From sequence record SRR22947727_2297: a stretch of 58,497 bases of DNA, one strand, 5' to 3'. Positions within the stretch are counted from its first letter, which is position 1. Every line of letters begins with the position of its first letter. Below are positions 9,971 to 20,159 of this stretch, one piece after another. Both the position numbers and the translations under genes were made by a program. A model generated the notes under the pieces. That model had not been told where the DNA came from, made no database searches, and saw only the letters and a list, made by a program, of their open reading frames with translations.

Positions 9971-11552
9971 TCAATTTCCCATCCTCATTGTTTTAGCGCC
10001 GCTTTTTGGTGCAGTGATCATCGGGCTGGTTGGTTCGCGGGATCATCGCGTCTGCATGCCGGTCGTTTTGGTCGCGTTGTTCACGTCGCTTTCCGCAGTC
10101 ATTGGAACGCTGACCCAGGTTCTCGAAACAGGTCCTGTTGATTATTTTGTCGGCGGCTGGGAGCCGGGTAAAATGGCTCCAGGGATCCACGGTCCTGTCG
10201 AAATCGCCAAAGGATTCGGAATTCAACTGCGGGTCGATACGCTCAACGGATTTCTGTTGCTGGCCATCGCGATCGTCTCGATTTTTGTGTCGATTTTTTC
10301 CATTCGCCGCGTCAATCAAAAGGCGGCTTCAAAAACGCCTCAGTTTTATACGCTTTATTTGCTGCTCTGCGTTGGCTTGTTCGGAATGACGATCACGGGA
10401 GATGCGTTCAACTTGTTCGTTCTTGTCGAAGTTACGTCGCTGACCAGTTATGCGCTGATCGCGATGGGCAGCAAGCGGCGCGGCACAATGGCTGCGTTCA
10501 ACTACATCCTTATGGGAACGGTGGGGGCTTCGTTTTACCTTCTCGGTGTCGGCTATTTGTATCTCCAAACGGGATCGCTCAACATGGCGCACATTCAGGA
10601 AGTGCTGGCCGCGAATGATTTCGAGATCGGCCGATCCAAGCCGGTCATGGTGGCGTTTATCCTCATCATGGTTGGAATCTGGATCAAGATGGCCTTTTTC
10701 CCACTCTACGGCTGGCTTCCGAATGCCTACAGCTATTGCCCTTCGACGAGCAGCTGCATTTTAGCGCCGCTGATGACGAAGATTTCGGTCTATATCATGA
10801 TTCGGGTGATGCTGTCGGTTTTCGGATGGGAATGGATTTTCGTTGATCACGTTGGGTGGAGCGATGCCGTCGTTATTCTCGCGGTCATAGCAATTCTCGC
10901 CGGATCCACCCTGGCCTTGGCGCAGCGCGAATTGAAAAAAATGCTCTGCTATCTCATCGTCGCCGAAGTCGGTTACATGGTCGGCGGCGCATGGTTAGGT
11001 GATCCGGAGCGCTGGGGAATGTCCGGCGCGGCCTATCATATTTTGGCTGATGCGTTCATGACGCTTTGCTTGTTTCTCTGCGCTGGAATTTTTGCGAAGA
11101 AAGCCAACGCGACCCGAATCGAGCATCTTTCGGGAATGTTTAAGAAAATGCCTCTGACCATGACCGGATTTGTCGTGGGAGCCCTTGCCATGATCGGAAT
11201 CCCACCGACCTGCGGATTTTTCAGTAAATTCTATCTCATCCGTGGCGGCATCGAAGGCGGTCACTGGGAATTCGTTATCGCGCTGATCATCTCCAGCTTG
11301 GTGAACGTCGTGCTGTTCTTCCGGATTTTTGAAATCGCCTTTTTCGGAGCCAAACCGGCTGAAGGTCATGATCACGCACATCACGACGATGAGAAAGATG
11401 ATCATTCTACGAACGATGAACTAACCCTATTGGAACGTGAAGCACCGCTGCGCTCGTTGATTCCACTTTTCGGCACGACTGCTATCATCATTTTATTGGG
11501 TGTGTATAACGGACAAATCGTTGAGTGGATCCGCCTCACCATCAAGCCATGA
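9963..11552 (+). CDS. mrpD: Mrp subunit D-like proton-conducting membrane subunit (copy 1)
   Basis: TGDAFNLFVLVE, KMAFFPLYGWLPNAY, GIPPTCGFFSKF. Confidence 0.88.
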   Translation: MSDQFPILIVLAPLFGAVIIGLVGSRDHRVCMPVVLVALFTSLSAVIGTLTQVLETGPVDYFVGGWEPGKMAPGIHGPVEIAKGFGIQLRVDTLNGFLLLAIAIVSIFVSIFSIRRVNQKAASKTPQFYTLYLLLCVGLFGMTITGDAFNLFVLVEVTSLTSYALIAMGSKRRGTMAAFNYILMGTVGASFYLLGVGYLYLQTGSLNMAHIQEVLAANDFEIGRSKPVMVAFILIMVGIWIKMAFFPLYGWLPNAYSYCPSTSSCILAPLMTKISVYIMIRVMLSVFGWEWIFVDHVGWSDAVVILAVIAILAGSTLALAQRELKKMLCYLIVAEVGYMVGGAWLGDPERWGMSGAAYHILADAFMTLCLFLCAGIFAKKANATRIEHLSGMFKKMPLTMTGFVVGALAMIGIPPTCGFFSKFYLIRGGIEGGHWEFVIALIISSLVNVVLFFRIFEIAFFGAKPAEGHDHAHHDDEKDDHSTNDELTLLEREAPLRSLIPLFGTTAIIILLGVYNGQIVEWIRLTIKP

Positions 11553-13105
11553 CAGTTGAAACCAGCATGCTTCCAGTCTGGGCCTGCCTTGCTTCGCTGC
11601 TGGCCGTTCCCGCATTATTGATCTTTCGCAAAGAACCGTTCATGCGGGAAGCGATCACGTTTCTCGCTGGTTTTGTGAAGCTGGGATTTGTGTTGGCGAT
11701 CTATTTCAAGTTTCTGAAAAACGGAACGCACGTGGAATACACCTTCGTTCAGAAGATTGGCGAGGGCATAAATATCCCGATTATGTTCCACGTCGATGAA
11801 TTGGGAATGCTCTTTGCGTTCGTGGCGTCGAGCTTGTGGATTCTCACTTCACTATACGCGATCGGTTATATGCGCGGCTTGAAAGAGCATTCGCAGACTC
11901 GATTCTTCGTGTTTTTCGCCATCTCGTTGTCCGCAACATTGGGGGTCGCCTTTGCCGGTAATTTACTGACCCTCTATCTTTTCTATGAGCTGCTCTCGCT
12001 CGCAACCTGGCCGTTGGTGACCCATCATCAGGACAAAGAAGCGCGCGGCGGTGGACGAACTTATCTCACTTACCTTGTCGGGACGTCTGTAGGATTCGCG
12101 CTGCCTGCCTTAATTTTTGTCGCCGTGAAAACCGGTGGTGATCTCAGTTTTGCAGGCGAAGCCATTCTCGCCAATCAGGAGATGGGCTACTGGCCGATGC
12201 TGATTTTGCTGCTCGCGCTCTGTTTTGGTTTTTCCAAGGCGGGCATGATGCCGTTTCACTCTTGGTTGCCGGGTGCCATGGTCGCGCCAACACCTGTGTC
12301 AGCGTTGCTTCACGCCGTTGCCGTTGTGAAGGTAGGTGTCTTCTGCATTTTACGAGTGGTGACCGGCGTTTTCGGAATCGATTTCCTGAAAAAAGCAGGC
12401 GGAGAAAATCCGGCGCTGTTTCAAAATCCGGCCGAAGTCCTTGCCTGGATCGCAGCGTTCACCGTGATTACCTCTTCACTGATTGCTCTTACGCAGGACA
12501 ATTTGAAACGGCGTCTCGCGTTTTCCACCATTGGGCAGCTTTCTTATATTATTCTGGGGGCCGCGCTGCTGAGCACGCTTTCGATTCAGGGCGCAACGAT
12601 GCATATCGCGGCTCACGCCGTTGGAAAGATCACTTTATTCTTCTGCGCCGGCGCGATTTTTGTCGCCACTGGAAAGAAATATATTTCGCAAATCGCGGGT
12701 CTGGGTAAACGGATGCCGTTCACAATGGGTGCATTTTTTATCGGATCGCTCGGAGTCATCGGATTGCCGCCAACCATTGGTTTGATTTCGAAATTCCACC
12801 TTGTGATGGGAGCCGCATCCTCACCTCACCCAAGTCACGTTGCTCTGATCGTTGCGTTCCTCATCAGCACGATTTTGAATGCCGCGTATTTTTTCCCAAT
12901 TGTTTATCAGGCCTTTTTCCCCTCGAGCGATTCCACGAGCGAATACGCGAAAGACAAATTTTCCTGGGCGAATATCAAAGAAGCACCGCTGGCTTGCGTG
13001 CTTCCATTGTGTCTCACTGCTTTGATCTCTGTCTTTTTATTCTTCAAAGGCGGATTCATCGCTGACCTGGCCCGAACGTTTGCTGAAACTGTAACCAAAG
13101 GCTGA
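11549..13105 (+). CDS. Mrp D/A-like proton-conducting membrane subunit (copy 2)
   Basis: KAGMMPFHSWLPGAMVAPTPVSALLHAV, LKRRLAFSTIGQL; ATGA overlap with the previous stop. Confidence 0.88.
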   Translation: MTVETSMLPVWACLASLLAVPALLIFRKEPFMREAITFLAGFVKLGFVLAIYFKFLKNGTHVEYTFVQKIGEGINIPIMFHVDELGMLFAFVASSLWILTSLYAIGYMRGLKEHSQTRFFVFFAISLSATLGVAFAGNLLTLYLFYELLSLATWPLVTHHQDKEARGGGRTYLTYLVGTSVGFALPALIFVAVKTGGDLSFAGEAILANQEMGYWPMLILLLALCFGFSKAGMMPFHSWLPGAMVAPTPVSALLHAVAVVKVGVFCILRVVTGVFGIDFLKKAGGENPALFQNPAEVLAWIAAFTVITSSLIALTQDNLKRRLAFSTIGQLSYIILGAALLSTLSIQGATMHIAAHAVGKITLFFCAGAIFVATGKKYISQIAGLGKRMPFTMGAFFIGSLGVIGLPPTIGLISKFHLVMGAASSPHPSHVALIVAFLISTILNAAYFFPIVYQAFFPSSDSTSEYAKDKFSWANIKEAPLACVLPLCLTALISVFLFFKGGFIADLARTFAETVTKG

Positions 13106-13123
13106 CGGATTTTATTTTTTGAT

Positions 13124-13462
13124 ATGGAAAACGGAGACGACAAAAGCCCCCGCGAATTCGACTGGTTTGATCGACCTAAGTCGCGCAAACTGCTGTGGCG
13201 GCTACTCATTGCGGCCTGTATCATCAGTTTTCTGGTCGAAATCCCGGCGTTGATCAGCCATGATCGTCACGCTACGGCACCAATCGATTTTGGAAAATTC
13301 AACATCCCCGGGTTCTACGCAGTCCTTGGATTTGTTGCCTGCACCCTCATGATTTTAGCTGCGAAAGGGCTCGGTATATTCCTGAAGCGAAAGGAAGATT
13401 ACTACGGCGAGCCCGAGGAAGAAACTTTACCGGAGGATATCGATGACGACGTTGTTCTCTGA
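13124..13462 (+). CDS. Small two-TM protein within the Mrp operon
   Basis: Two hydrophobic segments, PGFYAVLGF and KRKEDYY; overlaps the next gene. Confidence 0.75.
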   Translation: MENGDDKSPREFDWFDRPKSRKLLWRLLIAACIISFLVEIPALISHDRHATAPIDFGKFNIPGFYAVLGFVACTLMILAAKGLGIFLKRKEDYYGEPEEETLPEDIDDDVVL

Positions 13463-15308
13463 TTTCCCCCCGGCCTTTGTCCTCATTCTCGGGGCAATTT
13501 TAGTTCCGTTTCTGCCGAAGAAGATTCGCAGTTTCTACGTGATCGCTTTGCCCGCGTTAGCATTTGTGAATGTGTATTATTTGCAACTCGACGGCAACAC
13601 CAAGTGGAACCTTGATGTCTTTTCGTGGCTCACCAATGGCGAGCCGCTCGAACTGCTCCGGACAGAATCACCCGGCGCGGAGAATCCCGAAGCAGGCTAC
13701 AAGCTGGCCAAGGCGTTCGGTTACATCTTCTGTCTCAATGCGGTGATCGCTTTCATCTTCGCGTTTTATGTGAAGAAGAGCACGCAGCACGTCGCGGCAT
13801 TGATTTACATTGGCAGTGCACTCGGCGTTGCGTTTGCCGGAGATCTTCTCACACTCTATGTTTTTTGGGAGCTGATGGCGGTCAGTTCAACCTTCGTGAT
13901 TTTGGCGCGAAATACGGAAAAGGCGAAACGATCAGCTTACCGTTACATCATGATTCACCTGCTTGGCGGACTGCTCCTCCTTGCGGGCATTGTCCTGACG
14001 ATTCAGTCGCGTGGCTCGATTCAGTTTGATGGATTCGATTTTGCCACCGAACAAAGCGCCGGAACCTGGTTGATTCTGCTTGGAATTCTGGTTAATGCGG
14101 CAGTTCCTCCGCTGGCAGCGTGGCTCCCTGATTCGTATCCCGAAGCAAGTGTCACGGGCGGTCTCATTCTCAGTGCCTACACAACGAAAACAGCCGTCTA
14201 CACGTTGCTGCAGGGTTACGCCGGTTGGGAACCTCTCATTTGGATCGGCTGCATCATGTCCGTCTACGGGATTATCTATGCGCTGTTGGAAAACGATATG
14301 CGGCGGATTCTCGCATACTCGATTATCAACCAAGTGGGATTCATGGTTTGTGCGGCGGGTATTGGAACGCACGATGCCATCAGCGGAGCGACGGCGCACG
14401 CGTTCTGCCACATCATTTACAAATCGCTTCTCTGGATGGCTGCTGGTGCCGTGTTGTATCGCGTCGGCAAAAGCAAATGCACCGAGCTCGGCGGGCTTTA
14501 TAAAACCATGCCGCTGACGCTGATTTTTGGAACGATTGGTGCCCTCGCGATTTCTGCGGTGCCGGGAACCAGCGGATTCACCTCGAAAACAATTATCATT
14601 CACGCAGCCGAGCACGAAGCGGCGCACGGTCACGCATCGCTCTGGTGGGCGTGGTTGATTCTCGAAGCTGCCTCAGCCGGCGTATTCCTTCACGCCGGGA
14701 TCAAATTTCCTTACTTTGTTTTCTTTAATAAAGACCGGGGATTGCGTCCGAAAGAGGCTCCAGGGACCATGCTCACGGCGATGGCAATTTTGTCATTCCT
14801 CTGCATTTACCTCGGTGTAAATCCGCAGCCGCTCTATGATATTTTACCGTACGGGGTGAATTACAACGCCTACACGGCAGGCCACGTCATCACTCAGATG
14901 CAGCTACTGATGCTCTCGGCGCTGGTATTCTTTCTCTTCCTGCCAATGTTGAAACGGACCTCGACGATCTCGCTCGATTTCGACTGGCTCTACCGCAAGG
15001 GCGGCCAGCTGTTTTACAAAGCGACCGATAAATCGCTCAACAGTGTGAACGCAGCGACTCGAAAGGGTGTTGTCGACGGCTTCATTCCACGACTCAGCAG
15101 TTTCTTCACCACCGCACCTTCAAGAATTCTCAGCTGGCTCGTAACACCGGTTTGGTTGGCGCAAGGGCTGAATTCAGCTGAACGCGAGAAACGTCGCGAC
15201 CAGCTTTTTGAGCGCGGTCGGCGCGGAGCCTTCCCGATTGGCATCACCGCGATCCTCGGGGTTGTCTTGCTGGGCGTTCTGTATGTTTTCAGCTGGTTTG
15301 CAAGGTAA
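13443..15308 (+). CDS. Na+/H+ antiporter subunit D/A-like (copy 3)
   Basis: AGDLLTLYVFWE, WLPDSYPEA, RRILAYSIINQVG, HAFCHIIYKSLL. Confidence 0.88.
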   Translation: MTTLFSDFPPAFVLILGAILVPFLPKKIRSFYVIALPALAFVNVYYLQLDGNTKWNLDVFSWLTNGEPLELLRTESPGAENPEAGYKLAKAFGYIFCLNAVIAFIFAFYVKKSTQHVAALIYIGSALGVAFAGDLLTLYVFWELMAVSSTFVILARNTEKAKRSAYRYIMIHLLGGLLLLAGIVLTIQSRGSIQFDGFDFATEQSAGTWLILLGILVNAAVPPLAAWLPDSYPEASVTGGLILSAYTTKTAVYTLLQGYAGWEPLIWIGCIMSVYGIIYALLENDMRRILAYSIINQVGFMVCAAGIGTHDAISGATAHAFCHIIYKSLLWMAAGAVLYRVGKSKCTELGGLYKTMPLTLIFGTIGALAISAVPGTSGFTSKTIIIHAAEHEAAHGHASLWWAWLILEAASAGVFLHAGIKFPYFVFFNKDRGLRPKEAPGTMLTAMAILSFLCIYLGVNPQPLYDILPYGVNYNAYTAGHVITQMQLLMLSALVFFLFLPMLKRTSTISLDFDWLYRKGGQLFYKATDKSLNSVNAATRKGVVDGFIPRLSSFFTTAPSRILSWLVTPVWLAQGLNSAEREKRRDQLFERGRRGAFPIGITAILGVVLLGVLYVFSWFAR

Positions 15309-15310
15309 GC

Positions 15311-18300
15311 TCACTTCAGCTTCACTCCCGAAAGCACTGCAGCTTCGGGATTCGACGGATGTTTGTCGTGCGCTAGAAAATTGATCAGATCGACGAGCTC
15401 CTGCTCGGTCATCGTGTTTTCGAGACCTTCGGGCATCAGTGAAATCGGCAGCACTTCGATCGAGTCGATTTGGTTTCGCGGAATGGTGTCGTCCTTTCCG
15501 GTCGGAGGCCGGATGATCACTCGCTGAGCGTTGTCTTCCACTGGAAGCCCCATGATGGATCGTCCGTCTTTAGTTTTTACGATCCGTGCCTGATAATCTT
15601 CGCCTATCACAAGGTTTGGGTCGAGGACGTTCGAAAGCAGCTGGTCCAACGTTCCGCGACCGCTGGTGGTGATGTCCGGTCCGATCAAATTGCCTTTCCC
15701 ATGCATTTTGTGGCAGGCCGCACAAGCGCGTGCGAAAACTTGCTGCCCGTTTTTCCAATCGCCCGTCTTGCTTTTCACCAGCATTTTGGTTTTTGCGATG
15801 ACTTTTTCACGCTGCGGATTTCGTTCAGTTCGAATGGCTCCCCAGATTTCCTTGATCGCTGGCTTCAACTTCGGATTGGCCGACCCCAGTTTGGTGGCTT
15901 GAAGCGGATTGATTTCCGCCTTTTTAACCGTTCCGTTCTTCACCGCAGTCACAAGTTTGGCAGCCCAGTCGGGGCGACTTGCGAGCAATTCGATGGCATC
16001 GCGACGCAAAGCCGGAGACTGATTTCCAAGTGTCTCAAGAACGACGTCCGCAACGGAGGGATCGCCCAGTTTTCCGAGAGTCGAAAGCACGCCTCGTTTG
16101 AATTCCGAATTGGCTTTGCCATTTCCCATAATTTTTTTCGCTTCCGCGGTCACGGTCTCAGATTCTCCAATTGCGATGAATGCTTCCATGGAATGAATTC
16201 TGCCATGCCAACCCCACTTGGGATTCTGGAGCGCGCTTTCGATGAATTCGTAGGCCGCTGGATTTCTCCATCCAATTGCAACCAGCGATGCACTGTATTG
16301 GAGCGGATTGCCCGGTTCGAGAAGCGGATCCAGCGCTGGTTGAAGAATGCCCCGCAGATCGACTAGCTGAGCTTTATCGATTTCGCCCGTTCGAATTTTA
16401 CCGCCCATTTCGCGGAGCAATGCGTTGGCTCCATCGGTGTCTTCCGCTGCGATCAGCATCGTCAGAAGTTCTGAAGCTGCAAACAAATCGGGCTTCTCAC
16501 CACCCAACCAAAAAGCGCCCAACTGAGAAGCCATCTTCGTAATTCCCGGGGAACTGTCGGGATTGGTTTCTTTCTGAAAACGCGACATCAACACATCGGG
16601 GGAAGTGATGCCGTCAACTTTTAGGTTTTGCCAAACCAGATGAGGAATGGTTTCGTCGTCGAGGCAATTGGCGAGGGCATCGGCTAAAATGGATTCACTC
16701 TTCAAGCCCTCTATTTTTCTCGCGGCAATCACCACTTGCCGCACCACGTCAGGTGATTCATCACGCGTCATTTCGGCAATCCGATTCCGGATTTCCTTCG
16801 AAACCTTATCCTGATTCCCCGCCGCCCGAACGCCCCAGGCGCGAAGTTGCGGCTCGGTTTCGTAAAGCAGCATCCGGTGGAAAAATGGATCGAGCGGTTC
16901 GCCATTACCCATCAACGACCAAAGCGCGTGAAGCCGCGTTTTTTTCGGAGCGGTTTTGTCTTCGACGATTTCACGAAGGGTGAATTCCTGATCGCTTTTG
17001 CCGGCCTCTTGCAACAACCGCTGGGCTGTGTTTCGGAAAAATATGTTCGGGTCTTCCAGCATCTCGACAAGGGATTCATCACCGGCCATCGCCAAATCGA
17101 ATATTCCGGCAGCTCGCGGATTTTCGCCGTAGGTCACCCGATAAAGCCGTCCCCGCCCGCGATCGACGCCTTCGGGATCTGCGTTTGCGTCCTGATAACA
17201 ATGGTAGCGATCGTACCAATCCAGCACATAGAGACAGCCGTCCGGCCCGACTTCTTGAGCCACCGGCATATGCCAGACATCATTTGCCGTCATGAAATCC
17301 GGTCGCGGTTTTCCGAAATAACTCGAACCGCTCCGCTCCAGCGAATCGACATTCACGCAGCCACCGTGAATATTTCCCATGTAAAGATGGCCGCTGTATT
17401 CTTCGGGATAGGTCGGCGAATCGAACCATGTGATGCCGCAATAGGCTGCCATCTGATGTTTGTGTTTCACGATCGATTCCAGCTTCCAGGTGTGCGGCGG
17501 ATACGGTCCGCCCTGGCGATGGTAGTAGCCGCTTTCGCTGATGTGCCAGAGATGATCGATCACGCAGGCGCTCAGAAACAGCTCACCATTTTCATCAAAT
17601 GCGATTCCCCACGGGTTTGAAGTTCCCTCAGCGAACAGTTCAAAATCGTGGGTCCCCGCCCATTCGCCTTCCGTTTCCGCACGCGGATTCACCCGAAAAA
17701 CTGCACAGGTGAACGGGATTGTTTTGCCGCGATGCGTCACATTTGAGTAATTAAAAACGCCGTTCAGGCCATACAGCCAGCCGTCCGGTCCCCACGTCAA
17801 CGCGTTGGGAAGCTCGTGAGTATCCGTCCGGCCAAATCCAGTTGCGATCACTTTCTGGGTGTCTGCTTTCAGGTCGCCGTCGGTGTCTTGCAGGAAAAGA
17901 AGATCCGGCGAATTGCACACCCACACACCGCCGTAACCGACTGCGATTCCCGACGGAATATTCAGGCCTTCGGCAAAAATTGTTGTTTTATCAACCACGC
18001 CGTCTCCATCCGTGTCTTCGAGAACCTTGATCCGGTCCAGGCCCGCTCCCGTGTCTTTTTTAGGATAGCTAAAACTCTCCGTCACCCAGAAGCGGCCTTT
18101 CTCATCAATCGCCATCGCGACGGGATTCACCACATCCGGTTCTGCGGCGACGACCTGAACGGCAAAGCCTTCAGGAACCGTAAACTTTTTCGCAGCCTCT
18201 TCCGCAGACAGGGGAGGCCCTGGAGGAGCTGATTGCCGGCGAGGAATATGGACTTTTCCTTGCTGGCCAAAAACGGGTGGTGCCCCAAACGCGAGTAACA

Positions 18301-18331
18301 GAGAAAAGATAGAGAGGTGGTAATGCTTCAT
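15311..18331 (-). CDS. PVC-type heme-binding membrane-bound dehydrogenase-like protein (beta-propeller + HEAT-like + cytochrome c)
   Basis: Signal peptide, FTVPEGFAVQVVAAEP, LEDTDGDG, WGPDGWLY, CAACH heme motif, SLMPEGL tail. Confidence 0.9.
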   Translation of the reverse strand: MKHYHLSIFSLLLAFGAPPVFGQQGKVHIPRRQSAPPGPPLSAEEAAKKFTVPEGFAVQVVAAEPDVVNPVAMAIDEKGRFWVTESFSYPKKDTGAGLDRIKVLEDTDGDGVVDKTTIFAEGLNIPSGIAVGYGGVWVCNSPDLLFLQDTDGDLKADTQKVIATGFGRTDTHELPNALTWGPDGWLYGLNGVFNYSNVTHRGKTIPFTCAVFRVNPRAETEGEWAGTHDFELFAEGTSNPWGIAFDENGELFLSACVIDHLWHISESGYYHRQGGPYPPHTWKLESIVKHKHQMAAYCGITWFDSPTYPEEYSGHLYMGNIHGGCVNVDSLERSGSSYFGKPRPDFMTANDVWHMPVAQEVGPDGCLYVLDWYDRYHCYQDANADPEGVDRGRGRLYRVTYGENPRAAGIFDLAMAGDESLVEMLEDPNIFFRNTAQRLLQEAGKSDQEFTLREIVEDKTAPKKTRLHALWSLMGNGEPLDPFFHRMLLYETEPQLRAWGVRAAGNQDKVSKEIRNRIAEMTRDESPDVVRQVVIAARKIEGLKSESILADALANCLDDETIPHLVWQNLKVDGITSPDVLMSRFQKETNPDSSPGITKMASQLGAFWLGGEKPDLFAASELLTMLIAAEDTDGANALLREMGGKIRTGEIDKAQLVDLRGILQPALDPLLEPGNPLQYSASLVAIGWRNPAAYEFIESALQNPKWGWHGRIHSMEAFIAIGESETVTAEAKKIMGNGKANSEFKRGVLSTLGKLGDPSVADVVLETLGNQSPALRRDAIELLASRPDWAAKLVTAVKNGTVKKAEINPLQATKLGSANPKLKPAIKEIWGAIRTERNPQREKVIAKTKMLVKSKTGDWKNGQQVFARACAACHKMHGKGNLIGPDITTSGRGTLDQLLSNVLDPNLVIGEDYQARIVKTKDGRSIMGLPVEDNAQRVIIRPPTGKDDTIPRNQIDSIEVLPISLMPEGLENTMTEQELVDLINFLAHDKHPSNPEAAVLSGVKLK

Positions 18332-18391
18332 GATGGTTCCATTGGATGATGCAGGAATGATGCCGCTTCGTAAATCACATCTTCACCATTC

Positions 18392-18562
18392 AACAGGGAT
18401 AAGGTTGGTTTATCGAACCAAACCTATCTGATCGAAAAGCCGTTTCGATCGAACCCTGTTCGTTCGTTGAACAGACCCTGTTGATTCGTTTCAAAGGGGC
18501 CGCTTAGCTCCGGCCCTTCGCCCGGCAAGCTGAACTGGGCTCGATCCACCCGAGTTGATTCA
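18392..18562. repeat. 21-bp palindromic repeat array (4 units plus a further copy)
   Basis: Units at 18392 (degenerate), 18414, 18446 and 18468, plus 18542; e.g. cgatcgaa-ccctg-ttcgttcg t tgaacaga-ccctg-ttgattcg. Confidence 0.8.
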
Positions 18563-18653
18563 GAGATATGCTTCTGGTGGATCGTAATTCTTAGAAAAAG
18601 ATCATCGCGTTTTTAGTCGGACTCTGTATTTTCAGGCAGAAGGAAATTGAGAT

Positions 18654-19649
18654 TTGAAAACTGAGTTCGACGAATACACAAGAATCGGGAAGGGATTTCT
18701 CGGAATGTCCAGCCTCTGGCTCGGGACAGATCACCTGCTTTACATCAAAGGTTCGGGGCTGTTCGTGCCGTTTCGGGAGGAATATAGGCGGTTTCGCTAT
18801 CAGGATATTCAATCGATTGCGACGGTTCGAACTGCAGGGATGTGGGGCTACGGAGCGCTGCTTTTACTTGGGTTGGTGATCTTTGGATTGACCACGTTTG
18901 CCATTTTGGCGGGTAGAGATCCGGATTCTAACTTCGGTCTCATTTGGACGTTGGCATTGCCGCTTCCGTTGGGACTAATATGTTTGATCATGCTGGTTCG
19001 TAATTTTGTGTTGGGCCCGCGTTGCGTTTGCGAATTACAGACGGCTTTAAAAAAAGAGCGTATTGGACCGCTCTCGCGAATTTATAAAGCGAAACAGGTG
19101 CTCGATGTTTTGGAAGGACGGATTCAAGAGCAACAGGCTTCCGTGAAGTTGGATGCGGAAAACAGTCCGCCGGCCACGGTTTCCGGCCCCCTTCCTCAGA
19201 TCGTTCCAAAAACCGCGATGTTTGGATTCATCGTATCGCTTGTTGCCGGGCTTCTTTTGGTTGCGGCGGTACACATGGAAAACGTGGTCTTGGTCGGCGC
19301 GCTTTTCACCACCATTTTGGCGGCAATACTTTTGGTGATGGGCGGAGTGATCACTTCGGTCAGAAAACCCTGCCCCGAAGGCGTTCGTGGGAGCCTGTGG
19401 GTGTTGTTGGGAACTTTATTTTCAGTTTCAGGAACGGCGTTAGTGTATTACTCAGTGGTCGCTTTAGATGTTCCTTCTTTCACAATTAGCGCGGCCGGAC
19501 CGTTCGAAGCTTTTGCCTCTCTCCCATCAACAGGAAACCTGGCTTTCTATCTGATTTTTGTAATCGCAGGCGGAGTTATGGCAATCGCGGGATTGATTGG
19601 GCTGATCATCGCAAGTCGCTTCAAAAAACATTCGACCGAGAATTCGTGA
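18654..19649 (+). CDS. Hypothetical multi-pass membrane protein
   Basis: 331-aa ORF, several TM helices, co-directional with the next gene; TTG start. Confidence 0.75.
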   Translation: MKTEFDEYTRIGKGFLGMSSLWLGTDHLLYIKGSGLFVPFREEYRRFRYQDIQSIATVRTAGMWGYGALLLLGLVIFGLTTFAILAGRDPDSNFGLIWTLALPLPLGLICLIMLVRNFVLGPRCVCELQTALKKERIGPLSRIYKAKQVLDVLEGRIQEQQASVKLDAENSPPATVSGPLPQIVPKTAMFGFIVSLVAGLLLVAAVHMENVVLVGALFTTILAAILLVMGGVITSVRKPCPEGVRGSLWVLLGTLFSVSGTALVYYSVVALDVPSFTISAAGPFEAFASLPSTGNLAFYLIFVIAGGVMAIAGLIGLIIASRFKKHSTENS

Positions 19650-19661
19650 TTTTGAACTGAC

Positions 19662-20012
19662 ATGGCAGCGGCAACTCCACTTTCTCAAACCACTTGCTTG
19701 ATCCACGCAGATCGAGCCGCGACGGCTCGCTGCCCGAAGTGTCGGACTTTTTATTGCGGTGAGTGCATCACCGAGCACCATGGAAAACTAACCTGCGCGC
19801 GCTGCCTCTCTGAAGAAAAGGTGAAGCCGGAGGTAAAGAGAAGCCGGTTTTCTCTGCCCCTGATGCCGGTGGTTCACCTCGCGATTGCGGTGGCGGCTTG
19901 CTGGGCGTTTTACTATTTCTTCGCGCAAACGCTGGCGAGAATTCCAAATAAATTCCATGACGGAACGGTGTGGACGGATGATGCGGCCGCGGATGTTCCA
20001 GCGGAGGAGTGA
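19662..20012 (+). CDS. B-box-type zinc-finger membrane protein
   Basis: CxxH...CxxC...CxxC...CxxC pattern (CLIH, CPKC, CGEC, CARC) followed by one TM helix. Confidence 0.8.
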   Translation: MAAATPLSQTTCLIHADRAATARCPKCRTFYCGECITEHHGKLTCARCLSEEKVKPEVKRSRFSLPLMPVVHLAIAVAACWAFYYFFAQTLARIPNKFHDGTVWTDDAAADVPAEE

Positions 20013-20159
20013 AAGCGAGCTTGTCGCTTCTAATTCAGAGCAGAAAGGATTTCATTCATCGAATCAAACATCGATCGAATCAATGTTGCCGCTCCAACTT
20101 TCAATGGAGGAAATTTTCAATCGTATTAGAGCATACAGCCCACAAAGCTGACCCAAGCC

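Noticed and set aside
15470-17620. 298-aa and 257-aa plus-strand ORFs antisense to the heme protein gene
   Set aside because: Shadow ORFs with no protein-like features
20030-20090. Possible additional member of the 21-bp repeat family
   Set aside because: Only half-units (cgaatcaa twice) with no proper core or second arm; too weak to call
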